Numbered from the stretch's first letter, positions 38,503 to 47,719 are shown. The stretch: DNA of 64,000 nt from Candidatus Poribacteria bacterium (GCA_963663765.2 CAXXUA010000003.1:288001-352000); one strand, 5' to 3'. Notes: generated by a model from the sequence alone, not told the origin. Translations and numbers: made by a program.

Positions 38503-39786
38503 ATGAGCCAAAATGCTTGGCACTTACCACGTGCGGAATATATTGAAGCGGTAAATAAAGGGGATGTGGATCGGGTCAAATCCTTGTTAGCAGACAATGA
38601 GGAACTTCTTGATTTCATAGATGAACCTTGGTTTGTCTATGATTCTCCTGCGGTTGTGTTTGCTGCTTCAATGGTCAATCGTCCGCTTGTAGAGGTGCTG
38701 CTTGATTCCGGTGCAGACATCAATGCTAAGAGTTCTTGGTGGGCTGGTGAAACCACAGCACTGCAGCAGGCAACGGGTGCGATGCTTGGGTACAACAGGG
38801 AATTAGCTGAGTATCTGATTGAACGTGGTGCTACGATTGACGTTCACGCTGCAGCCGGTTTGGATATGTTTGAAACGCTTGAGGCGTTGATTCGTGAAAA
38901 TCCGAATGTTGTAAACGCACTGGGATGCGATAGCATGTCGCCGCTTCATTTTGCGGCGACACCTCGAATTGCAGAACTGCTCCTCAAGCACGGTGCGGAC
39001 ATAAATCTTCGCGATCGTGACCATTGGGGAACTGCTGCTCAATGGACAATGCGAAGACGTCCTGAAGTTTGCAAATACCTACTTGACCAAGGTGCAGAAG
39101 GAGATGTCGTCATATATTGTGCGATGGGTTACGTTGAACAGGTTAGGACAGAATTTCAAAAAAATCCTGAATTACTAAATCTTAGGATAAATATGAGAGC
39201 ACCTGAAGGCTATATTATCCCATCGTCTGAGTCATCAAAGGTAAAAGATGGTCAAACAGAGGTTGTTCCTGGCGGGCATGTTTATGCTTATCAGGTTGGT
39301 CCGACAATGCCACTGCTTGAGATAGCACTAAAGTTTAAGCAGCCAGCAATTGTTGATTTACTCATTGACATGGGTTATGAGATCAATTTGCGAGATTGGT
39401 ATGTGTTGGTTGGGCAGGGACCTAAGCGATTTGATGCGTTGGTGAAAGGGTTTCTTGCGAAGGGACGTGACATAAACGCGCTTCAAGAACATCAACGTGG
39501 CATGTGGACACCGTTACATTGGCTTTCACAACGTGGTTTGACTGACGGTATTGCTTGTTTATTAGCAAATGGTGCTGAACCGAATGTTGTTGATGACAAA
39601 GGACAAACGCCGCTTCACTTCATCGCACAAAAGGGTGTTGGCAAAAATCAAGCAGAATTGTTGATTGAACACGGTGCTAATCTGAATTTACGTGATGATG
39701 CAGGAAAAACACCGCTTGATTATGCCAAGAAAGCGAAACGAAAATCGGTGGAAACGTTTCTAACAGAATTGTCACAGACGAAATAG
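38503..39786 (+). CDS. Ankyrin repeat protein
   Basis: Repeated TPLH.A / LL..GADIN / GAEPN..D.KGQTPLH motifs. Confidence 0.92.
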   Translation: MSQNAWHLPRAEYIEAVNKGDVDRVKSLLADNEELLDFIDEPWFVYDSPAVVFAASMVNRPLVEVLLDSGADINAKSSWWAGETTALQQATGAMLGYNRELAEYLIERGATIDVHAAAGLDMFETLEALIRENPNVVNALGCDSMSPLHFAATPRIAELLLKHGADINLRDRDHWGTAAQWTMRRRPEVCKYLLDQGAEGDVVIYCAMGYVEQVRTEFQKNPELLNLRINMRAPEGYIIPSSESSKVKDGQTEVVPGGHVYAYQVGPTMPLLEIALKFKQPAIVDLLIDMGYEINLRDWYVLVGQGPKRFDALVKGFLAKGRDINALQEHQRGMWTPLHWLSQRGLTDGIACLLANGAEPNVVDDKGQTPLHFIAQKGVGKNQAELLIEHGANLNLRDDAGKTPLDYAKKAKRKSVETFLTELSQTK

Positions 39787-39842
39787 TTTATTTATATTAT
39801 GAAATGGTAAGAGAGGGATTCTCAAACCGATAAAAATAGGAG

Positions 39843-41600
39843 ATGAAAACAGTGTTATCAGAAAATGGAAATTTTGTTAAAGTTGCTGCCCGTGGCGATA
39901 TAGCAGAGGGGAAACCACGTGCGGTTAGAGTTGAGGGACATAGTATTGCCCTTTTTGAACACGAAGGTAATGTCTATGCAACGGACAACCAATGTCCGCA
40001 CATGGGTTATCCGTTGATACGAGGGCATGTTAAAAGAGGCGTGTTATCGTGTGACTGGCACGGTTGGAGTTACGACATGGAGGGTGGTGGCTGCTTCACT
40101 GGAGGTTGTGATGACCTTGCTACGTTCCCTGTTGAAGTTCGCAATGGGGATATCTATGTGGATGTTGGCAGTGGTGGTAAGAAACGGGATGATGCGCACT
40201 TCCTGTTGCTAAAAGAGGGTTTGTTTTCACACGATAGTTGGACGTTGTCCAAAGCTATTGCGATTATGTTGGCAAAAGGTGTATCTGAAAAAGAAACGTT
40301 GGATATAATGGTGAAGCACATGGTGCCTCATATTATTACGGGTGAAGGCTTTCGTGCTGGTGGTGGCCGTGTCGCAACGTTTATGCATGGGATTAAAGTT
40401 GCCCACATGTATGAAGCAGAGGATCGTCTGATTCCGTTGATGTTTGCTGCGACTCATGCAGCAGGTGGACATCATGATCGTCCTGATCGCGAACCTCTTC
40501 CACCTCCAGTTGACTGGGAAAAACTTGAAAATTGGATTAGAGTTTTCACCGAGGATAAAGAGTGGGAAGGCATAGAAAAATGTTTGATTACAGCAAGACA
40601 ATTAGGTGGACATGAAGACAAATTCATCCCGCTTTTCTTGGATTGTGCGTCCGAATGGTTTTTCCTTACTAGTTCCAGAAATCTTATTGATCTATGTCAT
40701 CTGGCTGAATTGCTTGATGAATGGGGCTGGGATATTACTGGTGAGTTAGTCTGCAATCTCAGTGCTAAGATACTTGGACAGGGCCGTGGCAGACCGGGTG
40801 AACGGCTTCGTGAAGCACTTAAAAAATTGGAAGGAATTAATCATATCTTTGATGACCTTCCGCAGGAAAAATCACCTGATACTGACGTTGACTTTGACGA
40901 AGATAGATTATCCGCTGATCTGGTCAGTGGTGATATAGACACAATTTTTGATGCGATAACAAAAGTGCTCACTGATGGCGGATCCATTGATAGAATTGCT
41001 TCAACGATGGTCATGACTTCCGCTGATAGGATGGCAAGAACACCTGTCAACATGAGTCCGGGTTGGTGGGATTTACAGGAAGAGATGGAATTAGCCGCTA
41101 ACATCAGAAAGGTGCTTCGATTCGGAAGTGTCAAAACTGCTGCGAAGTCACTCTATCATTGTGGTTGGAGGTTTTATGCTAACCGCTGGCTAAATATACG
41201 TCATCAACCGATTTCCGAGGTGAGATCGTCTTCAACATCTAAAGTTCTTGATGAGGATGCAGCACTCGCAGAGATTATTGACAGCATAGAGTCTGTTCGT
41301 GTTCAAGAAATTGGACGACGGACACGTGAATATCTGAATGCTGGTTGTTCTGCTGAAAAGTTATTGTCAGAAATGGGTCAATGTATACTCAAGGATGATC
41401 GTGGTGAAGGTCTGTTTGGTACTATCCATATCGTAGATAGAGAGTGGCATTACTGTGACACACATCCAGCCAGAAATCAGTTGATCGTTGGATTGGCAAG
41501 ATGGGCAACGGATGTTCGTAGGAGTACGGGTAACGATTCTGCTGTGCAAACTGCACATCGCTTTGCCAAAGGTGAAACTGCTACGGAACTTTACGAGTAG
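39843..41600 (+). CDS. Rieske [2Fe-2S] domain plus large alpha-helical domain protein (paralog B)
   Basis: NQCPHMGYPL...SCDWH. Colinear with paralog A to the C-terminus (SKAIA, EDRLI, ADRMA.TPVN, QL.VGLAR..TD.R). Confidence 0.85.
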   Translation: MKTVLSENGNFVKVAARGDIAEGKPRAVRVEGHSIALFEHEGNVYATDNQCPHMGYPLIRGHVKRGVLSCDWHGWSYDMEGGGCFTGGCDDLATFPVEVRNGDIYVDVGSGGKKRDDAHFLLLKEGLFSHDSWTLSKAIAIMLAKGVSEKETLDIMVKHMVPHIITGEGFRAGGGRVATFMHGIKVAHMYEAEDRLIPLMFAATHAAGGHHDRPDREPLPPPVDWEKLENWIRVFTEDKEWEGIEKCLITARQLGGHEDKFIPLFLDCASEWFFLTSSRNLIDLCHLAELLDEWGWDITGELVCNLSAKILGQGRGRPGERLREALKKLEGINHIFDDLPQEKSPDTDVDFDEDRLSADLVSGDIDTIFDAITKVLTDGGSIDRIASTMVMTSADRMARTPVNMSPGWWDLQEEMELAANIRKVLRFGSVKTAAKSLYHCGWRFYANRWLNIRHQPISEVRSSSTSKVLDEDAALAEIIDSIESVRVQEIGRRTREYLNAGCSAEKLLSEMGQCILKDDRGEGLFGTIHIVDREWHYCDTHPARNQLIVGLARWATDVRRSTGNDSAVQTAHRFAKGETATELYE

Positions 41601-41618
41601 CGCAAATAAACCGCTATT

Positions 41619-41648
41619 GTAGGGCAAGGTTTTATACCTTTGCCCTAC
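41619..41648. repeat. GTAG-type REP hairpin, possible terminator
   Basis: GTAGGGCAAGGT-N5-ACCTTTGCCCTAC. Confidence 0.6.
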
Positions 41649-41659
41649 CATTTTATCTT

Positions 41660-42775
41660 ATGAAAAAATTCGTCTTACCTCTCTTTTTTAGTCTACTATG
41701 TATGTCAGTTTATGGTACATCGTTGGAGACTGTTTTTCATCTCGGTGAGAAGCAGTCCCCGCGCCTTGAGAAGTTATTGCCGCATGTGGCAAGGAGTATA
41801 ACTTTCAACAATGACAGCACAAAGTTAATTGTACATGAAATGGGTGGCAGCATCGTAGAATGGGAAATTCAAACACGTCAGAAACGCGTGATCTACAGGA
41901 TTGAAGAAGATCAGTGGTCTGCTTATACTCCCAGAATTAATTCTATTATTCTTCCAAAAGCAAATGATGGGATCACTGTTTTAAATATATCAAATGGCAA
42001 TGGGATTAAGTTGAGGAAGATTTGTAAAGATTTTCAGTTCATAAACATGGGTTGTGAATTAAAAAGACAATATCAGAATGGTTTTTTTTCATCAGATGGT
42101 CATCTTGTAGCACTGACAGCAGGTGGTAATGAAATAGAATTGTGGCGTTTTTCTTATGCGTGCATTAGTACTGAGAAAAACAACCAGAATAAGATTGAAA
42201 TAACACCCTGGAAAATTCATAATTTGAAAACACAGTTACCTGTACGAAACGGTATGGTTATATCTCCAAGCAAGTGTTTAGTCGCTGCTGCCGAAGGTAC
42301 ATACAGAGATGGTGAAGGACATCGCACAATTATTGAGATATGGAATCTAAAAAATAATAAGCGACCGATTCGTGTTTTCAATACTGGCGAAATTCTTGGT
42401 GTCTGGAACTTAATATTTTCAGATAGTAGTCAGATGCTTGCTGTTGACTCACAACACAACGCCAAATCTGGAATTCGTGTTTGGGATGTAAACACGGGTG
42501 CGCAACTTCTTAACAAATCTGGGTTTGAAGCGTACTGGACACGTTCCCTTGTCTTTGCTCCTGATAAGATATCAAGTGAAACAGAATATCTTGCCTCAGG
42601 AGACGAAAAAGGCAATCTCAGAATATGGGAGATACCCGGCGGTCAATCTACCATGTGGGTGAACTATCCAACTGGTATTCAAGCGTTGGCTTTTTCGCCC
42701 AATGGTGAATACTTGGCAGTAGCGCTGTGGGATACTACAATTCAGATTTTAAGGTGGAATAGAAATGAACATTAA
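41660..42775 (+). CDS. Exported WD40 repeat protein
   Basis: Signal peptide and repeats such as LAFSPNGEYLA..LWD.TIQI.RW, YLASGDEKGNLRIWE and IRVWDV. Confidence 0.85.
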   Translation: MKKFVLPLFFSLLCMSVYGTSLETVFHLGEKQSPRLEKLLPHVARSITFNNDSTKLIVHEMGGSIVEWEIQTRQKRVIYRIEEDQWSAYTPRINSIILPKANDGITVLNISNGNGIKLRKICKDFQFINMGCELKRQYQNGFFSSDGHLVALTAGGNEIELWRFSYACISTEKNNQNKIEITPWKIHNLKTQLPVRNGMVISPSKCLVAAAEGTYRDGEGHRTIIEIWNLKNNKRPIRVFNTGEILGVWNLIFSDSSQMLAVDSQHNAKSGIRVWDVNTGAQLLNKSGFEAYWTRSLVFAPDKISSETEYLASGDEKGNLRIWEIPGGQSTMWVNYPTGIQALAFSPNGEYLAVALWDTTIQILRWNRNEH

Positions 42776-43271
42776 AAATGAATCGTATACGGATGAAAAG
42801 GGACGCACCCGTTGGCGTGTCAACGATGAAATTGCTAATAGATTACTTGAACTTCATACTTTCCTGATTATAGCTGATTATCCTGAAGACCATGCATCAC
42901 GATATCCTCGTTTGGCACACTCTATCTCACGTTTCCCAGAATCCATCGCGGATCTTGTCGATCAAGGAAGGTTACAAGAAGAGATTGGTGGTGTTGGTGA
43001 GATCGTTGAGACTATTATTACTGAATATCTCCAAACAGGAACATGCTCAAAAATACAGGAATATTCAGGAGACATTCCGCAGACAATTGCAGAACTTGTA
43101 CCTGTACCGGGACTAGGTGCTAAGACAATCAAACGCTTATTTGAAGATGTTGGGATTGTTAGTCTCTCGTCGCTACGTTTAGCGATTGACGAAGGTAAAC
43201 TCAAGGGTTTCAAAGGTATCGGCAAGAAAACATTGGACAAAATTGAGGAATATCTTGATGCGAATTTATAA
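42765..43271 (+). CDS. Stand-alone PolX N-terminal helix-hairpin-helix protein (paralog A)
   Basis: NDEIA..L.E, GVG..V...I.EY..TG, VPGLGAKT, EGKL...KGIGKKT. No palm or PHP domain. Confidence 0.8.
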   Translation: MNIKNESYTDEKGRTRWRVNDEIANRLLELHTFLIIADYPEDHASRYPRLAHSISRFPESIADLVDQGRLQEEIGGVGEIVETIITEYLQTGTCSKIQEYSGDIPQTIAELVPVPGLGAKTIKRLFEDVGIVSLSSLRLAIDEGKLKGFKGIGKKTLDKIEEYLDANL

Positions 43272-43330
43272 AAAGTAAAAGCCACGAATAGAATTGCAAG
43301 CAACCGAGACGTTCTCTGGAGTTGTGAAAG

Positions 43331-44299
43331 ATGCGGAACAATAAGGTACAGTTCGCGGTCGTCAGAGAAGACCCCATGATAGAAGCGGAGTTGGTCCGTT
43401 TAACAAAAGCAAAACACGTTCTGCTTATCGCTTCTGGTGGCTGCACTGCACTAACACTACAAGCACTGTTTCCAGATTTGCTTATGACCTTGGTTGATTT
43501 TAATTCTGCGCAGTTGGATAGGGTTCGGGAAAAAATGCGTGCTGTACTCACAGAAGATGATGCAATACGGTGTCAAAAACTTAATATCGGTACCAGCAAT
43601 CCAAACGGACTCAATCAATGTGGCAACTTTGAATCTCTATTCCGCTGTTTACGTGAGTTTATATTTGATCTTGTTGCTGACGAAGCAGAGGTGCGCAGCT
43701 TATTTGAAGAAAAGGATCAACTTGCAAATGTGTCAGAATTGTTTTTCTCAAACAAGTACTGGCATGTAGTGTTTGATCTGTTTTTTAGTGATGAACTCCT
43801 GAATACGATGTTTGGTCCGGAGGCAACTCAACACGCAGAAAGTGGAAGTTACCCGCGATACTTTCAGTCATTGTTTGAAAAAGGACTTTCAACACCTCAA
43901 GCATTCAATAATTATTTCTTGCACCATGTATTTCTCGGTTATTACTTATCACGTCCAGAGTGTCTTCCTTACTACCTTCTATCACCACCAACAGGCAATC
44001 ATTTTCAAATGATTGAAGGTACACTTAACGATGTTTCTGAACTTCAACATTATGATATAATATCATTATCCAACATCATGGATTGGATGCCGCTGTTTGA
44101 AATTGCATCTCTCATCAAGCATCTTCAAACCGGGATGAGATCAGGTGCGATTGTTCTGTATCGTCAGTTAAATAACAATACTGATCTTTCAACATATTTT
44201 GGAGATTCTTTTGTATTTGATCAGACTTTGGGTGTTAGGTTGTTGGCAGCAGAACGAAGTCTGTTTTATTCCAATGTTCATGTAGCAAAAAGGAGATAA
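43331..44299 (+). CDS. DUF3419 / BtaA-like SAM-dependent enzyme (aminocarboxypropyl-transferase family)
   Basis: FAVVREDP..E, VLLIASGGCTAL, VDFN.AQL, G.FE..F, NYF, ISLSNIMDWM. Confidence 0.8.
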   Translation: MRNNKVQFAVVREDPMIEAELVRLTKAKHVLLIASGGCTALTLQALFPDLLMTLVDFNSAQLDRVREKMRAVLTEDDAIRCQKLNIGTSNPNGLNQCGNFESLFRCLREFIFDLVADEAEVRSLFEEKDQLANVSELFFSNKYWHVVFDLFFSDELLNTMFGPEATQHAESGSYPRYFQSLFEKGLSTPQAFNNYFLHHVFLGYYLSRPECLPYYLLSPPTGNHFQMIEGTLNDVSELQHYDIISLSNIMDWMPLFEIASLIKHLQTGMRSGAIVLYRQLNNNTDLSTYFGDSFVFDQTLGVRLLAAERSLFYSNVHVAKRR

Positions 44300-44305
44300 A
44301 TACAG

Positions 44306-45019
44306 ATGAATGATTGTATAGATAGTGTCTTGAAAGAAACAAATGTGTGGATGAATCCATATTTCAAATCCCTGCGCGACGGGACTTTTGATTTAGAAGA
44401 TTTTACGGAAACACAAATCCAATTTTATTTTGCTGTAGGCTTCTTCAACCGTCCGATGGCAGCGCTTGCAGCCAAGATTCCAACTGCTGAGTTGCGTTTG
44501 GAAGTGCTGCGTAATGTTTGGGAAGAACACGGTGAAGGCAATACATCTTTGATGCATGAGAAGACATTTCTTGCGTTTCTTGAACGGTTAGCAGACATCA
44601 CACCCGAAGAAATTAGCAAACGATCAATGTGGGAAGAAGTACGCGCGTTTAATACGATACTTGTAGGTGCATGTGTCATGGATGAATACTTGATAGGCGC
44701 TGGTGTGATGGGTATCATTGAGTTAATGTTTTCGGATATAGCAAGTTGGATCGGGAAAAGGGTTGTGGAACAAGGATGGATTTCCGAACATAATTTGATT
44801 CACTATAATCTTCACGAAGAACTTGACGTAAAACATGCGGACGACTTTTTTGATGTGCTACGTCCTGCCTGGGAAGAAAATGTTGAAAACAGATACTACA
44901 TTGAGCAAGGACTACGTCTCGGTTCTTATGTCTTCAATACGCTTTATAACGGACTATATAAAGCAAGAAAACGTCGAATCTATCGTGATATACGAGGTCC
45001 GCACACACGTGCATCATAG
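44306..45019 (+). CDS. Heme-oxygenase-like diiron oxidase (CADD/PqqC/TenA-like iron-containing redox enzyme)
   Basis: NVWEEHG...H, GIIE and HEELDVKH give the E-H / E / H-D-H ligand pattern of CADD-type HDOs. Confidence 0.82.
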   Translation: MNDCIDSVLKETNVWMNPYFKSLRDGTFDLEDFTETQIQFYFAVGFFNRPMAALAAKIPTAELRLEVLRNVWEEHGEGNTSLMHEKTFLAFLERLADITPEEISKRSMWEEVRAFNTILVGACVMDEYLIGAGVMGIIELMFSDIASWIGKRVVEQGWISEHNLIHYNLHEELDVKHADDFFDVLRPAWEENVENRYYIEQGLRLGSYVFNTLYNGLYKARKRRIYRDIRGPHTRAS

Positions 45020-45025
45020 CAGAAA

Positions 45026-45844
45026 ATGATCAATCGCAATTTGGATATCCGAGAATTAAGTAGTGAGGAGTGGGTAAATTATCAATCGCAGGTCGCGGAT
45101 TTAGAAAAGGGAACGAGTTATCCCTTGGGTGAGGATCGATTTGAGATTGACCACGGGGAGGATTATTTTGCATTTTTTACACGTATGGGACAACTCCACT
45201 ACTATGTTGCTCTGGAGGGGAATAGTGTTGTTGCGGTAGCGGCGGCAATCTTACGTAGCGTTCCAGCTGCACCGAACGAAGAACCAAAGAAGGTATGGTA
45301 TCTTTGTGATTTGAAAGTTCATCCTGATTATCGTGGACGATTTATCCCACTCTCAATATTCGTCTATGCGTTTCCAAAACTACATCCTCTATGTTCCCGC
45401 GCGTATGGTATTTCTATGGATACAGACAGAACACGCAAAAACCGCGTTGCACTCATGCTAAGACGTTTTCCACTTGCCCCTATGTCTATCGCAACAAAGT
45501 TAGAGATTGTTTCAGTAGATAGCAAGCAGATGCGGAAAATTGAACCTATTTTGCAAAGTTTCTTTGGAGATGTTTCTTATCTATCGTTAGTGGGTAAAAA
45601 GGACATCATTCTGCAAAGTAGCGGTTCTGCAATGTCGTTGCTACACGTGCAGTACGGACCTTGTGCGGAACAGGGATATACCGAACCTATTGACGATCAT
45701 GTCCACATGTTTTGTGTGTCTGAAGATCATCCACTGCTTGAAGTGCTGAGGCATCACGAGATGCCTCCCTCTGCTTCAGCGACAGTTGTGCACCACAGAA
45801 TGGATAAATGGGATTGGAGTTTTATCCTTACCAGTGATATCTAA
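45026..45844 (+). CDS. GNAT-family acyltransferase
   Basis: WYLCDLKVHPDYRG acetyl-CoA motif A, with an extended C-terminal region. Confidence 0.8.
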   Translation: MINRNLDIRELSSEEWVNYQSQVADLEKGTSYPLGEDRFEIDHGEDYFAFFTRMGQLHYYVALEGNSVVAVAAAILRSVPAAPNEEPKKVWYLCDLKVHPDYRGRFIPLSIFVYAFPKLHPLCSRAYGISMDTDRTRKNRVALMLRRFPLAPMSIATKLEIVSVDSKQMRKIEPILQSFFGDVSYLSLVGKKDIILQSSGSAMSLLHVQYGPCAEQGYTEPIDDHVHMFCVSEDHPLLEVLRHHEMPPSASATVVHHRMDKWDWSFILTSDI

Positions 45845-45977
45845 AGTTCTTATACCATTTCTAATAGAGAAATTACCATAATAAACTGTAGTTCGGGTTT
45901 CGCAAGCTTTACTTGACATACGAAACAACGCTACATAATCATTTAGAAATGGAATTACAAATATACATGGAGATAAA

Positions 45978-46511
45978 ATGAAAAGTAAGAAAGCCATAAA
46001 TGAAAGTCTCACAGAAAGCGAAGCTTCTACCGATGAAAAAGAACGTACTGGGGTGTTGACTAACGATGAAATTGCACAGAAATTGATGGAACTCCATACA
46101 ATTTTAATTGTTGCTGATTACCCAGAAGACCATGCAGTGCGTTACCCACGTTTAGCGTATACTATTTCACGTATGGAGGAATCGGTGTCAGAACTGGTAT
46201 CTCAAGGAAAATTAAAAGAGGTGATACCTGGTGTCGGTGATATAGTTGCAACCATCATCACTGAATATGTTGAAACTGGAACATGCTCAAAATTGCAGGA
46301 ATATGCCAGTAATGTTCCACAGACAATTGTTGAACTCATACCTATCCCTGGCCTCGGACCTAAAACGATTAAACTACTCTATCAGGAAGCAGGTATTGAG
46401 AGTCTCCTATCACTCCGGACAGCAATTGATGAAGGCAAACTAAAAGGTATCAAAGGTATCGGCAAGAAAACGATAGATAGATTTGCGGAATACCTAAATG
46501 AAAATCTGTAA
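45978..46511 (+). CDS. Stand-alone PolX N-terminal helix-hairpin-helix protein (paralog B)
   Basis: Colinear with 42765-43271 (ADYPEDHA.RYPRLA, TGTCSK.QEY, PGLG.KT, KGIGKKT). Confidence 0.8.
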   Translation: MKSKKAINESLTESEASTDEKERTGVLTNDEIAQKLMELHTILIVADYPEDHAVRYPRLAYTISRMEESVSELVSQGKLKEVIPGVGDIVATIITEYVETGTCSKLQEYASNVPQTIVELIPIPGLGPKTIKLLYQEAGIESLLSLRTAIDEGKLKGIKGIGKKTIDRFAEYLNENL

Positions 46512-46549
46512 TAGATATTTCAAAATATGTGAACTTACTAAGGAGAATC

Positions 46550-47021
46550 ATGGTAAACACACAAGATTCCGGTGAGATGCTTAATGGTAAAAAGCATGGG
46601 TATTGGATTACATATTACGCGAGTGGTGTAAAACGAAGCGAAGGCAACTATATCAACGGCAAAAAGGATGGAGCTTGGATCTATTATCACAAAAATGGAA
46701 ACAAGTCTGGTGAAGCTTTCTTCCGCGATGGAAAATATGAAGGTCCCTGTGTAACATATTATGAAAACGGAAATCTACGATCCAGTGGTGCCTATCCCAA
46801 GCATGTAGGCAAATCTTACGACGGTAAAAAGGAAGGCACATTTTACAATTATGAAGAAGATGGAGAAACGGTGTGGTTAAAAGTAACTTACAAAAAAAGG
46901 TGGCAGCCGCGCAAAACCAGATGAGTATCCCCTTGGAACGTGCCATGTTTGTGGTGAAGTGAAACGTTTAAATTGGGACGATAATTGTCCTCGGTGTGGC
47001 ACAGAGATGGATGAAGCGTAG
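46550..47021 (+). pseudogene. MORN-variant repeat plus C-terminal Zn-ribbon protein, frameshifted at an A7 run
   Basis: Removing one A from 46892-46898 gives ...YKKGGSRAKPDEYPLGTCHVCG...CPRCGTEMDEA*, colinear with the downstream paralog. May be a sequencing error. Confidence 0.75.
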
Positions 47022-47091
47022 ATATTGTTTTTCTGTTACAAGGGATTTTTTATACCAATTCTAATGTTCAATCTTGCAGAGGAGGAAAAAC

Positions 47092-47568
47092 ATGGCAAGT
47101 TCACGAGATACAGGCGAGATGGTTGATGGCAAAAAGCACGGTTATTGGATAACTTATTTTGCTAATGGACAAAAACGAAGTGAAGGGAACTTCATTCACG
47201 GTAAGAAGGATGGCAAATGGATTCTGTACCACAAGAATGGGAACAAAGCAAGTGTAGCGTTTTTCCGTGATAATAAGTATGAAGGTGAGTATATTTGCTA
47301 TCATGAAAATGGGCATCGTAAGTGGGGTGGTCCCTACAAAAAACACGATGGTACTTCCTCCGATGGAAGAAAAGAGGGTGTTTGGCACTGTTGGGAAGAG
47401 GATGGGGAGACTGTCTGGCGTATCATCACATATAAGAAGGGTGGCGCACGTGCAAAACCGGATGAACACCCATTTGGAGAATGTCACGGTTGTGGTGAAG
47501 GTAAACGTTCTTCTTGGAAAGAAAAATGTCCAAGATGCGGCACTGAACTTGTTTTAGGTAAAGTTTGA
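47092..47568 (+). CDS. MORN-variant repeat (YwqK-like) plus C-terminal Zn-ribbon protein
   Basis: GKKHGYW.TY..NGQK.SEG repeats and CHGC-X10-CPRC. GGAGG RBS. Confidence 0.85.
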   Translation: MASSRDTGEMVDGKKHGYWITYFANGQKRSEGNFIHGKKDGKWILYHKNGNKASVAFFRDNKYEGEYICYHENGHRKWGGPYKKHDGTSSDGRKEGVWHCWEEDGETVWRIITYKKGGARAKPDEHPFGECHGCGEGKRSSWKEKCPRCGTELVLGKV

Positions 47569-47617
47569 AAATAATTATACACTTTCGTTCCACGGTTGGT
47601 GCGGTTTCCTAACCGTA

Positions 47618-47719
47618 CCATAGGCGTCAATTTAAGGATTTTGACCTCTTGTGGGAGGGGTTTTCAACACCTCCCACAAGAGAAACACCAACACTTTTTT
47701 CTTAAATTGACGCCTATGG
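47618..47719. mobile_element. Stand-alone copy of the GGCGTCAATTTAAG MITE with a REP hairpin
   Basis: Perfect IR CCATAGGCGTCAATTTAAG / CTTAAATTGACGCCTATGG. Same family as the inner element at 7293-7427. Confidence 0.8.

Noticed and set aside
43331-44299. Betaine lipid (btaA/btaB) operon
   Set aside because: No BtaB methyltransferase is adjacent, and the neighbours are an HDO and a GNAT. The gene symbol was withheld.
42765-46511. Split DNA polymerase X gene
   Set aside because: Both ORFs cover the same N-terminal region, and no palm (GS.RR/D.D) or PHP coding sequence is seen nearby.
46892-46899. Programmed -1 ribosomal frameshift at AAAAAAG
   Set aside because: Restoring the Zn ribbon needs a +1 shift, not -1.
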